A model generated the notes under the pieces. That model saw only the letters and a program-made list of their open reading frames with translations. It had not been told where the DNA came from and made no database searches. Of a DNA stretch of 64,000 nt, positions 1-11,819 are shown piece after piece. The stretch is from Octopus sinensis. Its lineage: Eukaryota. The translations under genes were made by a program, and so were the position numbers. The stretch's first letter is position 1. Each line of letters begins with the position of its first letter. The stretch is taken from assembly GCF_006345805.1 (NCBI RefSeq), contig NC_043001.1, positions 83,204,001 to 83,268,000 on the forward strand, read 5' to 3'.

Positions 1-20
1 CGGAAAGTGAAAGAAGCCCG

Positions 21-68
<48 letters not shown>

Positions 69-950
69 TATATATATATACGAGTGAGTAGACAAAAAGA
101 TGGACACTCAGTAATTTATTGTAAGTTACCTGTATGGATCAAAACGTTTGATTCAAATTCCTTGATACTCTTCAGTTTCAAGCGTGATGCTAGTCTTAAG
201 TCATTTTGAATTTGAATGACACAAGTTTATTTTTATTACCGTAAGGTGGACTGCAATTGGTCAAGGACGGTCACACGGTGTTGGTATGTATGTAATGCTG
301 GTATGTCGGTAACAGTTAGTTGGAAAATACCGCATGATGAACTGGAAATTAACGCATAAAAGAATAAAAGCATTGTACAGTGAGATGTCACACTGCTCTA
401 CCTACATATAGCTCGCTTGAATAGATTAGTAAATGTCTTGGTCATAAACATAGTACCACACTCTGATATCTACTCACAGTTGACAGGTCTGTATTACTAT
501 TTATGATTAAATCGTGGAGATGAAACGACAGAATATGTACAGTGTCAAGGTAAACGTTCGGTGGTGTGAATTTGTGTCCTTATAAGTTCTAGATACAAAT
601 CTTACGTTTATAATTATAATTATTCTTATCACTAGTCTTAACCAGAAATCTTTCTCTGTTCCTAGTATCGCATATATTTGTTTCATATGGATTTCTGATA
701 ACATTTAGCTCTAATGTGCGCATGAGGGAGTGTATGCATGTTCTAGATACATGTACATTTCTGTATATTTTGATTATTACACGTTATCTTTGGACTGATA
801 TATCCATCTTTCCACCCATCCATCCATCAATCCATCCATCTATCCATCAATCCATCCATCCATCCATCCATCCATCCATCCATACATACATACATACATA
901 ATACATACATACATACATACATACATACATACATACATAATACTTAGATA

Positions 951-1281
951 AAGACCCCCTTCGGTCATGAATGACCACCAGATTGCACCTAGAAAGTTAC
1001 CCTCCGAGGCACAAGTCCGGGTAATGTTGGAAATGAAAGACCAGCAGTCGCCCATGTATACCAGCCTCCCCTATCCATACCACTGATGTTTTCAAAGGGA
1101 AAAGCAATGTCCGATACAGCTTGGTACCAGTGACTTCGCAACTCATTTCTACAGTTGAGTGAAACAGAGCAACCTGAAATAAAGTGTCTTGCTCAAGAAC
1201 ACAACACACAGCTCGGTCCGGGAATCGAACTCACTACATCATGATTGTGAGCCCGGTGCTCTAACCACAGAGCCATGCGCC
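951..1281 (-). mobile_element. tRNA-derived SINE, family C (full length)
   Basis: Minus strand reads GGCGCATGGCTCTGTGGTTAGAGC (A box) ... GAGTTCGATTCCCGG (B box), then GTGTTCTTGAGCAAGACACT and a 3' GGTCATTCATGACC hairpin. Colinear copy at 38726-39052. Confidence 0.85.
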
Positions 1282-1334
1282 TTCATTACATGCATACATA
1301 CATACATACATACATACATACATACATACATACA

Positions 1335-1365
<31 letters not shown>

Positions 1366-1375
1366 GTATATACGT

Positions 1376-1860
1376 ATGAAATACTGGTGGGATATTACCA
1401 TCAAAACTTCTGTCAAATGTAAACATAACAGGCCGGATATTGTTGTTTGGGACAGAGGGGCAAAGGTATGTACCATCATGGAGGTCAGCTACCCTGCATC
1501 TATAAATATCTCTTTGAAAATCAAAGAAAATGAGGATATCTATGGACAACTGCTTCAAAACCTCCAGCTTCTATATCCAATTCATACCAATAATAGTTGG
1601 AGCACTAGGCTTTGTTAGTAAATGCTTAAAGGAGAACCTGAATAAACTGGGATTTTCAGAATGAGAAATCGACCGGCTAATTCGCACATTACAAGTACAG
1701 TCTGTGAGTGGAACAGTAAGAATATGCAAGACTTTTCTCCAGTTCCAAATGTGAATTTGTCTTGTGTTAACTACATCTCGAAGATGGAGCCTTGTATCTT
1801 TGTTGGAAATGGCTCCCTCCTCAGTTGAAGATTTATAGTAATTAAGAAATAGAAGAGACA
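1376..1860 (+). mobile_element. 3' fragment of an R4/Dong-type non-LTR retrotransposon (restriction-like endonuclease domain plus 3' UTR)
   Basis: Translation KYWWD..KHNRPDIVVWDR..CTIMEVSYP matches the PD-(D/E)xK RLE motif, with frameshifted IPIIVGALG-like continuation and a stop near 1752. Flanked on both sides by (CATA)n. Confidence 0.8.
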
Positions 1861-2182
1861 CATACATACATACATACATACATACATACATACATACATA
1901 CATGATGATTGCCTCATCTTGTCAGATGGAAGCCATTTCACTTTCATCCTCTTTGTTCTGATTTACTTTCATTTCTACATGTGCGCGGATATGACTCCTC
2001 CAGCAACGAATCCATCATCATAGAACTTTTTAAATATACAAAACGGATCGAGAAATGAAATGATAATGAGACATCATTGGATTTAAGTACATCATTGCAT
2101 TTAAGTGACAAAAGCTTGCACAACACTTTTACCATGCTTGCTGCAATAATAGGTTCCAGCAGGTTGTAAAATGACTGGTGTT

Positions 2183-2598
2183 AAGGCGGCGAGCTGGCAG
2201 AAACGTTAGCACGCTGGGCGAAATGCTTAGCGGTATTTCATCTGCCGTTACGTTCTAAGTTCAAATTCCGCCAAGGTCGACTTTGCCTTTCATCCTTTCG
2301 GGGTCGATAAATAAAGTACCAGTTACGCACTGGGGTCGATGTAATCGACTTAATACCCATGTCTGTCCTTGTTTGTCCCCTCTGTGTTTAGCCCCTTGTG
2401 GGTAATAAAGAAATAGGTATTTCATCTGCCGTTACGTTCTAAGTTCAAATTCCGCCAAGGTCGACTTTGCCTTTCATCCTTTCGGGGTCGATAAATAAAG
2501 TACCAGTTACGCACTGGGGTCGATGCAATCGACTTAATCCATGTGTCTGTCCTTGTTTGTCCTCTCTGTGTTTAGCCCCTTGTGGGTAGTAAAGAAAT
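2183..2598 (+). mobile_element. tRNA-derived SINE, family A, dimer (full unit plus 5'-truncated unit)
   Basis: AAGGCGGCGAGCTGGCAG head and AGTTCAAATTCC B box. Second unit starts at 2416. Flanked by TGTAA(A/G)ATGACTGGTG at 2165-2180 and 2600-2615 (target site duplication, TSD). Confidence 0.85.
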
Positions 2599-3008
2599 AT
2601 GTAAGATGACTGGTGCAGTTTTGGTTGCAAGTTTTATAGCAGAGTATCTTTCTTCAAGAAGAGCTGCTTTCACCACATCTTTGTGAAAAATGACAGGTGT
2701 CTCCTCTACTCTTGGGAAAGTCTGTTTAACCTATAGACGGGACCATGATAGGTACTAGCGTTTCGGATCAAAGCGGACCTGGGAGTAATGGTAATTAAGG
2801 GATAACTCCATTCTCACCTCAACTCCTCAACTCCCGATCTTGAGTCTGACGACCGGATATAGTTTCCTGCCATAACCAACACACACACACACACACTGTG
2901 CGTATTTATTTAGCGTGAGAGATGCGTGGTTTGGGAGGGCTTTAACTCCTCTTTCGAACGAACAGGTACATATTGTATCCTGACTTATTATTATTATCAT
3001 TATTATTA

Positions 3009-3039
<31 letters not shown>

Positions 3040-3078
3040 CATCATCATCATCATCAGCATCATCATCATCATCATCAT

Positions 3079-3168
3079 TGCCTTTGCACAGCTTCTAACG
3101 CTGGAGATGTACTACAGTGTCAGCTGTTCACTACCAGTGAACTAAGGTAACATCTCTTATTTTTCGAG
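3079..3168 (-). mobile_element. 5'-truncated 3' end of the R4/Dong-type LINE found at 15762-18080
   Basis: Aligns with 15762-15850 (TGCCTTTGCACAGCTT...CAGCTGTTCACTACCAGT..TAAGGTAAC). Embedded in (TTA)n/(TCA)n. Confidence 0.85.
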
Positions 3169-3198
3169 TTATTATTATCATTACTATTATTATTATTA

Positions 3199-3229
<31 letters not shown>

Positions 3230-4239
3230 TTATTATTATTATTATTATATAGGAGCATATTCAATGCGCTTTCACACAGTTTCTGTCAAACAAATTCACT
3301 CACAAGGCATTGCTCGACCCAGGGCTATAGAAAAAGAGATTTGTTCGAAATGCTGCACAGTGGGACTGAACTCGAAACTACATGGTTGCAAAGCGAGCTT
3401 CTTAACCTCGCAACCATGCTTGCTGTATACGTGTACTATCACTTACGTTGAAAAACTTCGCTTATGATATGATATCGAGGCTCTCTTTTCTACAGGCTAG
3501 ATAGGACCACCATAGAAACTCTTGTTAAATTAATGGATATACGCTGAATCAATATATGAATATTTTTAAATAACTTAAGCTAAATATTCAGAAACGAAAA
3601 TGTAAAACTCCTTTGAATAAAGATGAAGAAATCTTTCTTTCATATCGTTGTAAAATCTCTGAATATAATCTACAGATAAATTCGAATTTTTAAAAGATAA
3701 GATCCGAAGTACTTCCTAAATATTCGTCCCTCCTTATTTCAGTTCAAAGAAGAAGGTTATGTGCAGGAAATGCATTATCTAAACAAGTTGTATATGAAGT
3801 ATTTTTTATTATTGAGATGATTTTGATATCCAAGAAAAGTATTTTCCATAATACATTTTCTATCGACTAATGCAGATTATATACCGTACTAGTTCAATAT
3901 ACATCTACATATGTAATATTTGGACACATCGTTACTGTTGAATCCAGGGATTATTAGCTGCTTCGTACCGTACAATATACTTCCTCATGCAGGCGATCTG
4001 ACTTAGGATGATGAAGCTTAGACCTGTATCCAGGAGGAATTCTGTTGACGCCATTTTGATCATCCCTTTTCAGTCAGTCATGTAGATGCTTTGTGAGTAT
4101 CCTTCACGTTGTTCTCGGGGTGGGGATATACTCTTCCACACACACACACACACACACATACACACACATTATCTGTCTCTCTCTTTCTCTCAGTCTCCCT
4201 TTCTCTCTGTCTCCCTTTCTCTTTCTTTCTTTCTTTCTT

Positions 4240-4274
<35 letters not shown>

Positions 4275-4401
4275 CACAAACATACACACACAAACACATA
4301 TTGTAATTTAACATGTCTCTGTAATTGAAAATGTAGGAAATCCAAATACATACATACATACATATATACATGTATACACACACACGCACACACACATACA
4401 C

Positions 4402-4487
<86 letters not shown>

Positions 4488-5281
4488 GCACGCTTGCATG
4501 TATGTATGCATATATCTGTGTATGTATGTATATGCATGTGTATGTTTGATGATCATGATGACGATGACAATGATGATGATATATCGACGCGGACGACAAT
4601 GACGGCGATGACGACCATGACGACCATGACGACGACGACCATGATGATGATAATGATGATGATGATGGTGACGATTATGATCATGAAAAGCTCCATAACA
4701 AAACGCTTATAGAACCGCCTGTCAATATAGGAGCGTCTACCTGGTGGCATGTCTAAATTATCGACGTCAGGTTCATCTCACACCGCATCGACAACATAGA
4801 TATCTCTGCCAACTTCCACATGGATTCGTGTCACAATAAGCCAATCCTGCCTAGCCTACAGTTAGTCGGAGTTCGCTTTGTGTACAAGACAAACTAACAT
4901 CACTCTTACTCATAATTTAACTATGCACATGCCACAGTGCAATGCATTAAAATTTTAACAAAAAGCAATGAAACCAACATGGATGAAACGTATAACCGTT
5001 TAGCAGAGAAGCTTGCTTTACAATCGTTTGGTTTTGGGGTTAGTCCCACTGCGCTGTAACCTTGGGAATATATCTTCTGCTGTAGCCCCGAATCAACCAA
5101 TGATTTTATGAGTTAATTTGCCAAACGAAAACTGTGTGGAAACCTGTCGCATATGCGTGTGTCTGTGTTTTCGACCCCCACCGCTTTTTAACCGGCGTTG
5201 ATGTTTTTTACGTCACCGTAACCAAGCAATTCGGTAAAAGAGTACGGTAGTGTAAGTACCAGAGAAAATAATCTTTTCTAT

Positions 5282-5491
5282 TCTAGGCACAAGGCCCGAA
5301 ATTTTGGGAGAGATGGCCAGTCGATTAGATGAGATCGACCCCAGTACGCAACTGGTACTTAATTTATCTATTCCGAAAGGATGAAAGGCAAAGTCGACCT
5401 CGGCGGAATTTGAACTCAGAACGTAACAGCAGACGAAATAGCGCTAAGCATTTCGCCCGGCGTGCTAATGTTTCTGCCAGCTCGCCGCCCT
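5282..5491 (-). mobile_element. SINE family A
   Basis: Reverse complement of the family A head and body (GGAATTTGAACTCAGAACG...CTGCCAGCTCGCCGCC). Confidence 0.85.
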
Positions 5492-5659
5492 ACCAGACAA
5501 AATAATAAAATAATAAGTATTGAGCTCGATTAGTTCGACAAAAAAAAAACGTTCAAGGCAGTGCTCCAGCATGGCTTCAGTCCCCTGTCTGTAACAGGTA
5601 AAAGATATAAAAACACTAACACCAGGAATATTTATCAGAAATGAACAGTAGGGTGCCTT

Positions 5660-6210
5660 CATATCATCATTATCAATTTCTGGACATCACTCCTCTCGGT
5701 GGCCCCGTTACCGGTTTTCCATAGCGTATAAGTGACCTAGAACACAACCTCGCCCAACCCCAACGAGATGCCAGTCCATCGCGTGGTAACTCATTTACAG
5801 CTGAGTGGAGTGGAGCAACGTTTAATGAAGTGTTTTGCTCAATGACATAACGCTCTATCCAGTATTGTTCTCGAAACCACAACCCCGCAATCGTGAGTAT
5901 GCAACACCCTAAGTACTTATGCAACGTACTACCCAATCCGAGAATCGAAACCGCCACCCTGCCATCGTGCTTGTAACACCCCTTAACTACCAATGTAACT
6001 TACTATCCAGTCCGGAAATCGAAACAACAATCCTCCGATCGTGAGTGCAACACTCCGACTACTAACGTAACGCACTAACCAGTTCAGGAATCGAAACCAG
6101 AATCCTGCAATCGTCAGTGCAATACCTTAACTACTAACGTAATGCATTACCCAGTCATGGAATCGAAATCACACTCTTGCAATCGTGAATGCAACGACTT
6201 AACGACTAGT
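5660..6210 (-). mobile_element. SINE family C carrying five tandem tRNA-like heads
   Basis: Five diverged ~73-bp units (CCAG..GAATCGAAACC..ATCGTGAGTGCAACA..ACTA) starting near 5859, 5934, 6007, 6079 and 6151, adjoining the SINE body at 5660-5858. Confidence 0.75.
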
Positions 6211-6418
6211 TCTTTTACTCTTTTACTTGTTTCAATAATTTGACTGCGGCCATGCTGGAGCACCGCCTTTAGTCGAGCAAATCGACCCCAGGACTTATTC
6301 TTTGGAAGCCTAGTACTTATTCTATCGGTCTCTTTTGCAGAACCGCTAAGTTACGGGGACGTAAACACACCAGCATCGGTTGTCAAGCGATGTTGGGGGA
6401 ACAAACACAGACACACAA

Positions 6419-6465
<47 letters not shown>

Positions 6466-6629
6466 CGACGGGCTTCTTTCAGTTTCCGTATACCAAATCT
6501 ACTCACAAGGCTTTGGTCGACCCGAGGCTATAGTAGAAGACACTTTCCCAAGGTGCCACGCAGTGGGAATGAACCCGGAACCATGTGGTTGGTAAGCAAG
6601 CTACTTACCACACAGCCACTCATGCACCT
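6211..6629 (-). mobile_element. tRNA-derived SINE, family B (internal microsatellite), full length
   Basis: Head GTGGCTGTGTGGTAAG..GGTTCATTCCCACTGCG, internal (TA)/(TG) tract, and tail GGCGGTGCTCCAGCATGGCCGCAGTC..GAAACAAGTAAAAGAG. About 30 full or partial copies occur in the window. Confidence 0.9.
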
Positions 6630-7006
6630 ATACCTACATACACTCATACGAAAAATAACGCCGTGCGATGGCGTTGATAGTAATTCATAAAGTTACCAGA
6701 TTCTTTAATACCAGATAACATGTTGAGACCGGACTAAACGGATTCCATTAAAAGTACTCTGGTAGACGTTACTTTCTTTCTAAAAGTCCTACAGCAACCA
6801 TAATTTACCGATGCAGTGTATAAGCAGACGTTCAGCTTGATGCAATCTGAGTCGTCTGCCCATCATCATGATAGGGTCACATGACCTTGAAATGTCAATA
6901 CAGTGAACATGGTAAAACATACTGGAACTTTCAATAATGATCATGAAACAAATAACAGATGGAGAATGTATGTGTTTACATATATATTAATATATATAAT
7001 ATATAT

Positions 7007-7048
<42 letters not shown>

Positions 7049-7066
7049 CATACATACTACATACAT

Positions 7067-7098
<32 letters not shown>

Positions 7099-8547
7099 CA
7101 CGTATGTATGTATATATATATATAAAATATATGAAGAAATATGCAGATGTTTAGTTACACGTATGTTGAAATGTTTGTGTGTGTGTGTGTGAGTGTGTGT
7201 GTGTGCGTGTCTGTGTGTACACTTGCGTGCATACACATAAACACACATGTACATGTGCATATATGTATTTATGTATGCATGCATGCAAGTACGTATGTAT
7301 GCGTGTATATATATGTGTGTGTGTGTCTATGAATGTATGTATGAATATGTATGTATGTATGTATGTATATATGTATGTATGTATGTGGCATACGTCCGAA
7401 TTAGTGTATGTATACTTACGTGTCTTGTGAGAGTATGCATACACAAATATTCGTGCGCTCCATTTCTCTTATGCCCCCTCTCACTCTCTGTATATACATA
7501 CATAAATACATATATGCATACATACATACATACATACATCATACATACATACATACATACATACATACATACATACATACGTGCATGTGCACACATACGC
7601 AGAGAAATATATTCGTATATTTATATTTGTAAGTTTGTGCGCACATGTACGTATATACATATAGGTATCTATACATCATATAGAATTCTGAAAAGGAGGT
7701 ACAAAATATAAATATAAAAAAAGAGAAAGTAAACAACTGGAAGGGGCCAGTGGCATGAATTTGGATAAAGAAGTCGACGTGGGGAGCACTGAATGTCGAG
7801 GCTGATAAATTTCGTAATTTATTAAAATCTCTGTCGCTGACAGAGACCATAAACATGAAGGCAGCCATTTTGAAAAGGAAAAATAATATAAGAAAAAGTA
7901 ACTGAACATACGCGCATGCGCGCTCAGGCATATTACTGACAGATGAGATCATGTATGCCTACGCATATTATCTACATACATACTCACACATATTTTCCAG
8001 ATAAATTTCACCTACCGTTGACTGATGTTGACAAAGATTTCAACATATTTCTAAATCGTTGGACGTTCTCGCTACCTGCTACTACGTTAATGTATGTATG
8101 TATGTATGTATGTATGTATGTATGTATGTATGTATGTATTCTTTTATTCTTTTACTTGCTTCAGTCAAGTGTCTGCAGCCTTGCTGGAGCACCACCTATT
8201 TAGCCTAAGAAATTGACCCAGCACTCAATTTTGTAAGCCTGTTACTTATTCTCTCGGCCTCTTTTGCCGAACCGCAAAGTTACAGGGACATAAACACACC
8301 AGCATCGGTTGTCAAGACACACACATAGATATATATACAATATAAATATATATATATATTCACAAGGCTTTGTTCCGCCCGAGGCTACAGTAGAAGACAT
8401 TTTCCCAAGGTGCCACGCAGTGAGACTGAACCCGAAACCAAGTGGTTGTAAAGCAAGCTTACACACACTCAGACATATATGTGTATGTGTGTGTGTGTGT
8501 GTGCGCGCGCGTATACAAGCTTACCCATGAAATGTTTAAGTATCTTG

Positions 8548-9138
8548 GTTTCAAATTTTCGCACAAAGCCAGCAATTTCGGGCGTCGGGTAAATCGATTA
8601 TATCGATCCCACTGTTCAACTGGTAATTATTTTATCGACCCCGAAAGGTAAAGCCAGCTACGGCGGGATTTGAGCATAGAACGTAAAGCATGCCAACGAT
8701 ACAGCCAACTCACTGCCTTAATGCATATATAGATTGAATATAAAATTAGTATTTATTAATTTCAAATTTTGGCACAAGGGCAGCTATTATGAAGGCTGAC
8801 AGGCAAAGTCGACCGCGGTGGAATTTGAACTCAGAACATAAAGATGGACAAAACGCCCGCTAAGCTTTTTGCCTGGCGTGTTAACCATTCTCCCAGCTCG
8901 CCGTCTTAATGTATACACATTAGTTTCATGTTTTGGCTCAAGACCAGTAATTTCAAGGAAGGAGCTAAGTCGATCACATCGACCCTAGTGTTCAATTGGT
9001 ACTTATTTTCTCGACCCCCAAAAGGGTGAAAAGCAAAGTCGACCATGACGGAATTTGAACTCAGAACGTAAAGACGGACGAAATGCCGCTAAGCATTTTG
9101 CTCTGCGTGTTAACCATTCTGCCAGCTTTCCACCTTAA
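8548..9138 (-). mobile_element. Three decayed tandem SINE family A copies
   Basis: Repeated TCGACCCC / GGAATTTGAACTCAGAAC / CTGCCAGCT motifs in the same orientation. Confidence 0.75.
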
Positions 9139-9229
9139 TGTTCACACATATTGAATGAATATAAAATTAGTATCTATTAAAATATATTCCATTTGCAAAA
9201 TTTGATAGAATCTACAGACAGAATTTAAT

Positions 9230-9570
9230 TTTTTATGAACGCCTGCGTTGAAACTGATAACCGTTCTGGTCTAGGAACTGCTGATTACGCGAAGCAATGG
9301 AAATTGAAAACGAAAAAAAAAAATCAAGAAATATTCCAGTCACTATTTGTGCTCATTTTCGTGCAATGGCTGTCTTGAATTCCTCGACTGTTGCATGTTT
9401 TGTAACATAAACTTAAGCTTTTAAATGTCCTCATCAAATAAATTCTAATAGTGATGTGCAGTAAACGAGGAAGATATTCTACTGAATTCCTTCCTCCGAT
9501 GCACCTCTTTGGCAAAATCTCATCAAGTTAGGCCCTTATATTACTGTGTGCCAATATTGGTTCCACATTC
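9230..9570 (-). pseudogene. Tc1/mariner-superfamily transposase C-terminal remnant
   Basis: With frameshifts the minus strand reads LDEILPKRCIGGRNSVEYLPR..HLKA*VYVTKHATVEEFKTAI..LDQNGYQF. This resembles the WIGR..WPPRSPDLTP..WG.LK..VY..EEL..AI..NG.HF region of these transposases. Confidence 0.65.
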
Positions 9571-9983
9571 AGGAATGTGGGAGTACCATGGTCTCAAGAG
9601 CAAGTAAATATTTCCCAAAATGTCCACTGTCATTCTCTGCATATCTGGTTTTATATCAGTGCGACCTCCTAGAAACAAGAGCTGAGGAGTGCCTCACGCC
9701 CAGTGATTTTCTACTAACTTGGAATTTCTGAGGGCTCGTGCTCCTACTAGATAGTGGTAGAACATACACTAGATTCATCCGTTCATTTGGTAGGTATTGG
9801 TTTTAGTCCTGCTAGGTTTCCAGGAACACTCCTCACCAGGCAAGCCTAGTGAGGTTGCCGGTTTAGTCGCCGACGATCCGACCGTGCAACAGGTTGTACT
9901 GGGTTCCACGTTTACAGAAGCACTCCTGAGAGTTCCTCACATACATGTATATAAATATATATATATACATACAAATGTGTGTG

Positions 9984-10056
<73 letters not shown>

Positions 10057-10245
10057 TTGTGTGTATATATATGTTCCCTTCAGTTTTTAATTATTTAAAT
10101 TCATCCTCTGGGGTAGGAGCTGGTTTTTATCAAATATACAAAACTCCATCGTTAGAAAGTAGTGAACAAAAACAATGTCACATTTTAAACTTGAGAAACG
10201 CCTTGCATAGGTATGTATGTATGTAATGTATGTATGTATTATGCT

Positions 10246-10718
10246 GGCGCAGACGTGGCTGTGGTGAAAAGCTTGCTTCCAAGCGCATGGTTCCGGGTTC
10301 AGTCCCACAGCGTAGCACCTTGAGCAAGTGTGTTCAACTATAGTCTAGGCCAGCCAAAGCCATTTCAGTGAACTTGGTATACGGAAACTGTGAGAAGCCT
10401 GTCGTATATATATTATATATATATATATGATTGATTGATTGATTGATTCCAGTTCCAGCCTATGAGCTGTGGCCATGCTGGGCAACCGCCATTTGGTGTT
10501 GCTACTTGTTTTACTTCATGGAGGCTTTCTAGCAGCTGCTATTTGTGCATGAGAGGTTCGATGCAGCTGCCCTCATCTGCCCCTCCTGCCGTGAAGTTGG
10601 TTCATCTGGGACACCTGACAGGAAGAGATCCAGCTTCATTTTAAAGACATCTGTATCCACCCCATGCAGGTCTCTCAGGTTCTTCGGGAGGATATTGAAG
10701 AGCTGTGGGCCTCGGAAG

Positions 10719-10759
<41 letters not shown>

Positions 10760-10972
10760 GTTTTTGTATTTATGTATCTGTCTTTGTCCCCCACTACCGC
10801 TTGACAATGGCGTGGTGTGTTTACGTCCCTGTAACATAATGGTTCGGCAAAAAGGGACTGATACAATAAAGAATAGGTTTTGAAAAAAGTCCTAGGGTCG
10901 ATCTGTTCGATTAAAATCCCTTTAAGTGGTGCCCCGCATGGCCGCAGTCAGATGACTGAAAGAAGTAAAAGA
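10246..10972 (+). mobile_element. SINE family B with a LINE 3' fragment nested in its microsatellite
   Basis: Head at 10246-10405 and tail at about 10780-10972, separated by (TA)n and the LINE fragment. Confidence 0.8.
10429..10720 (-). mobile_element. 3' end of a CR1/L2-group LINE
   Basis: Translation SFRGPQLFNILPKNLRDLHGVDTDVFKMKLDLFLSGVPDEP is typical of the ORF2 C-terminus of this group, followed by a short 3' UTR and an (AATC)n tail. Confidence 0.8.
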
Positions 10973-11110
10973 CACCCACACACATAATTCGGAGTTCAGT
11001 CCCACAGCGTGACACCATGGGAAAGTGTCTTTTACTATAGCCTCTAGCCGACCAAGGCCTTGTGGGTGGATTTGGTAGACGAAACTGAAAGAAGCCCGTC
11101 GTATATATAT

Positions 11111-11194
<84 letters not shown>

Positions 11195-11611
11195 CCCACA
11201 CACGCACACACACACCAACACACACATATATATTATATATATATATATATATACACATATAAACGACGGGCTTCTTTCAGTTTCCGTCCACCAAATCCAC
11301 TCACAAGGCTTTATTCGGCCCGAGGCTATAGTAGAAGACACTTGCCCAAAGTGTCACGCAGTGGGACCGAACCCGGAACCATGTGGTTGGTAAGCAAGCT
11401 ACTTACTACACAGCCACTATTCAATATAGTAATTTACCACCGCCCGCATACACACACGCACATACCTACACACACATACCTTCTTCTCTTACACTCGCCT
11501 GTCTTGGCAACCACGTTTATTTTGTCCATCCCATTCCGGTCATTCAACTTGTGGATTGTTGGCGATTTTTTTCCTCCGTTTTCATTTTCCTTGGATTTTC
11601 CTCTGTCACAT

Positions 11612-11647
11612 GTTTCTGAAGAAGAACTTTGCTTGAAACGTAAAAAC
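11612..11647 (+). ncRNA. Minimal type I hammerhead-like motif (stem II decayed) in a ~220-bp repeat
   Basis: GTTT-CTGAAGA-AGAAC-TTT-GCTT-GAAAC-GTA-AAAAC. Homologous to 27355-27389. Confidence 0.55.
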
Positions 11648-11774
11648 CCTTTCTTTCCTTCCCTGAATGTCTTATTAAGAATTTGCCTGTTCCACGTACT
11701 CGCGTTCTTCTTTTTTTCTTCTTTTTTTTGTAGGGTGGGAATCATTAATCATGTGTGCGTGTGTGTGTCTGTGT

Positions 11775-11819
<45 letters not shown>

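Noticed and set aside
1920-2740. Short open frames spanning the SINE A insertion site
   Set aside because: About 55-70 codons with no recognisable family signature.
4055-4100. Possible micro-exon (TTTTCAG ... GTGAGT)
   Set aside because: Splice-like motifs alone are common, and there are no partner exons or transcript evidence.
5859-6210. CRISPR-like array
   Set aside because: Eukaryotic context, the units are diverged tRNA-like SINE heads without unique spacers, and there are no cas genes.
7539-7952. 137-aa minus-strand ORF
   Set aside because: Runs into microsatellite, has no recognisable domain and no supported splice structure.
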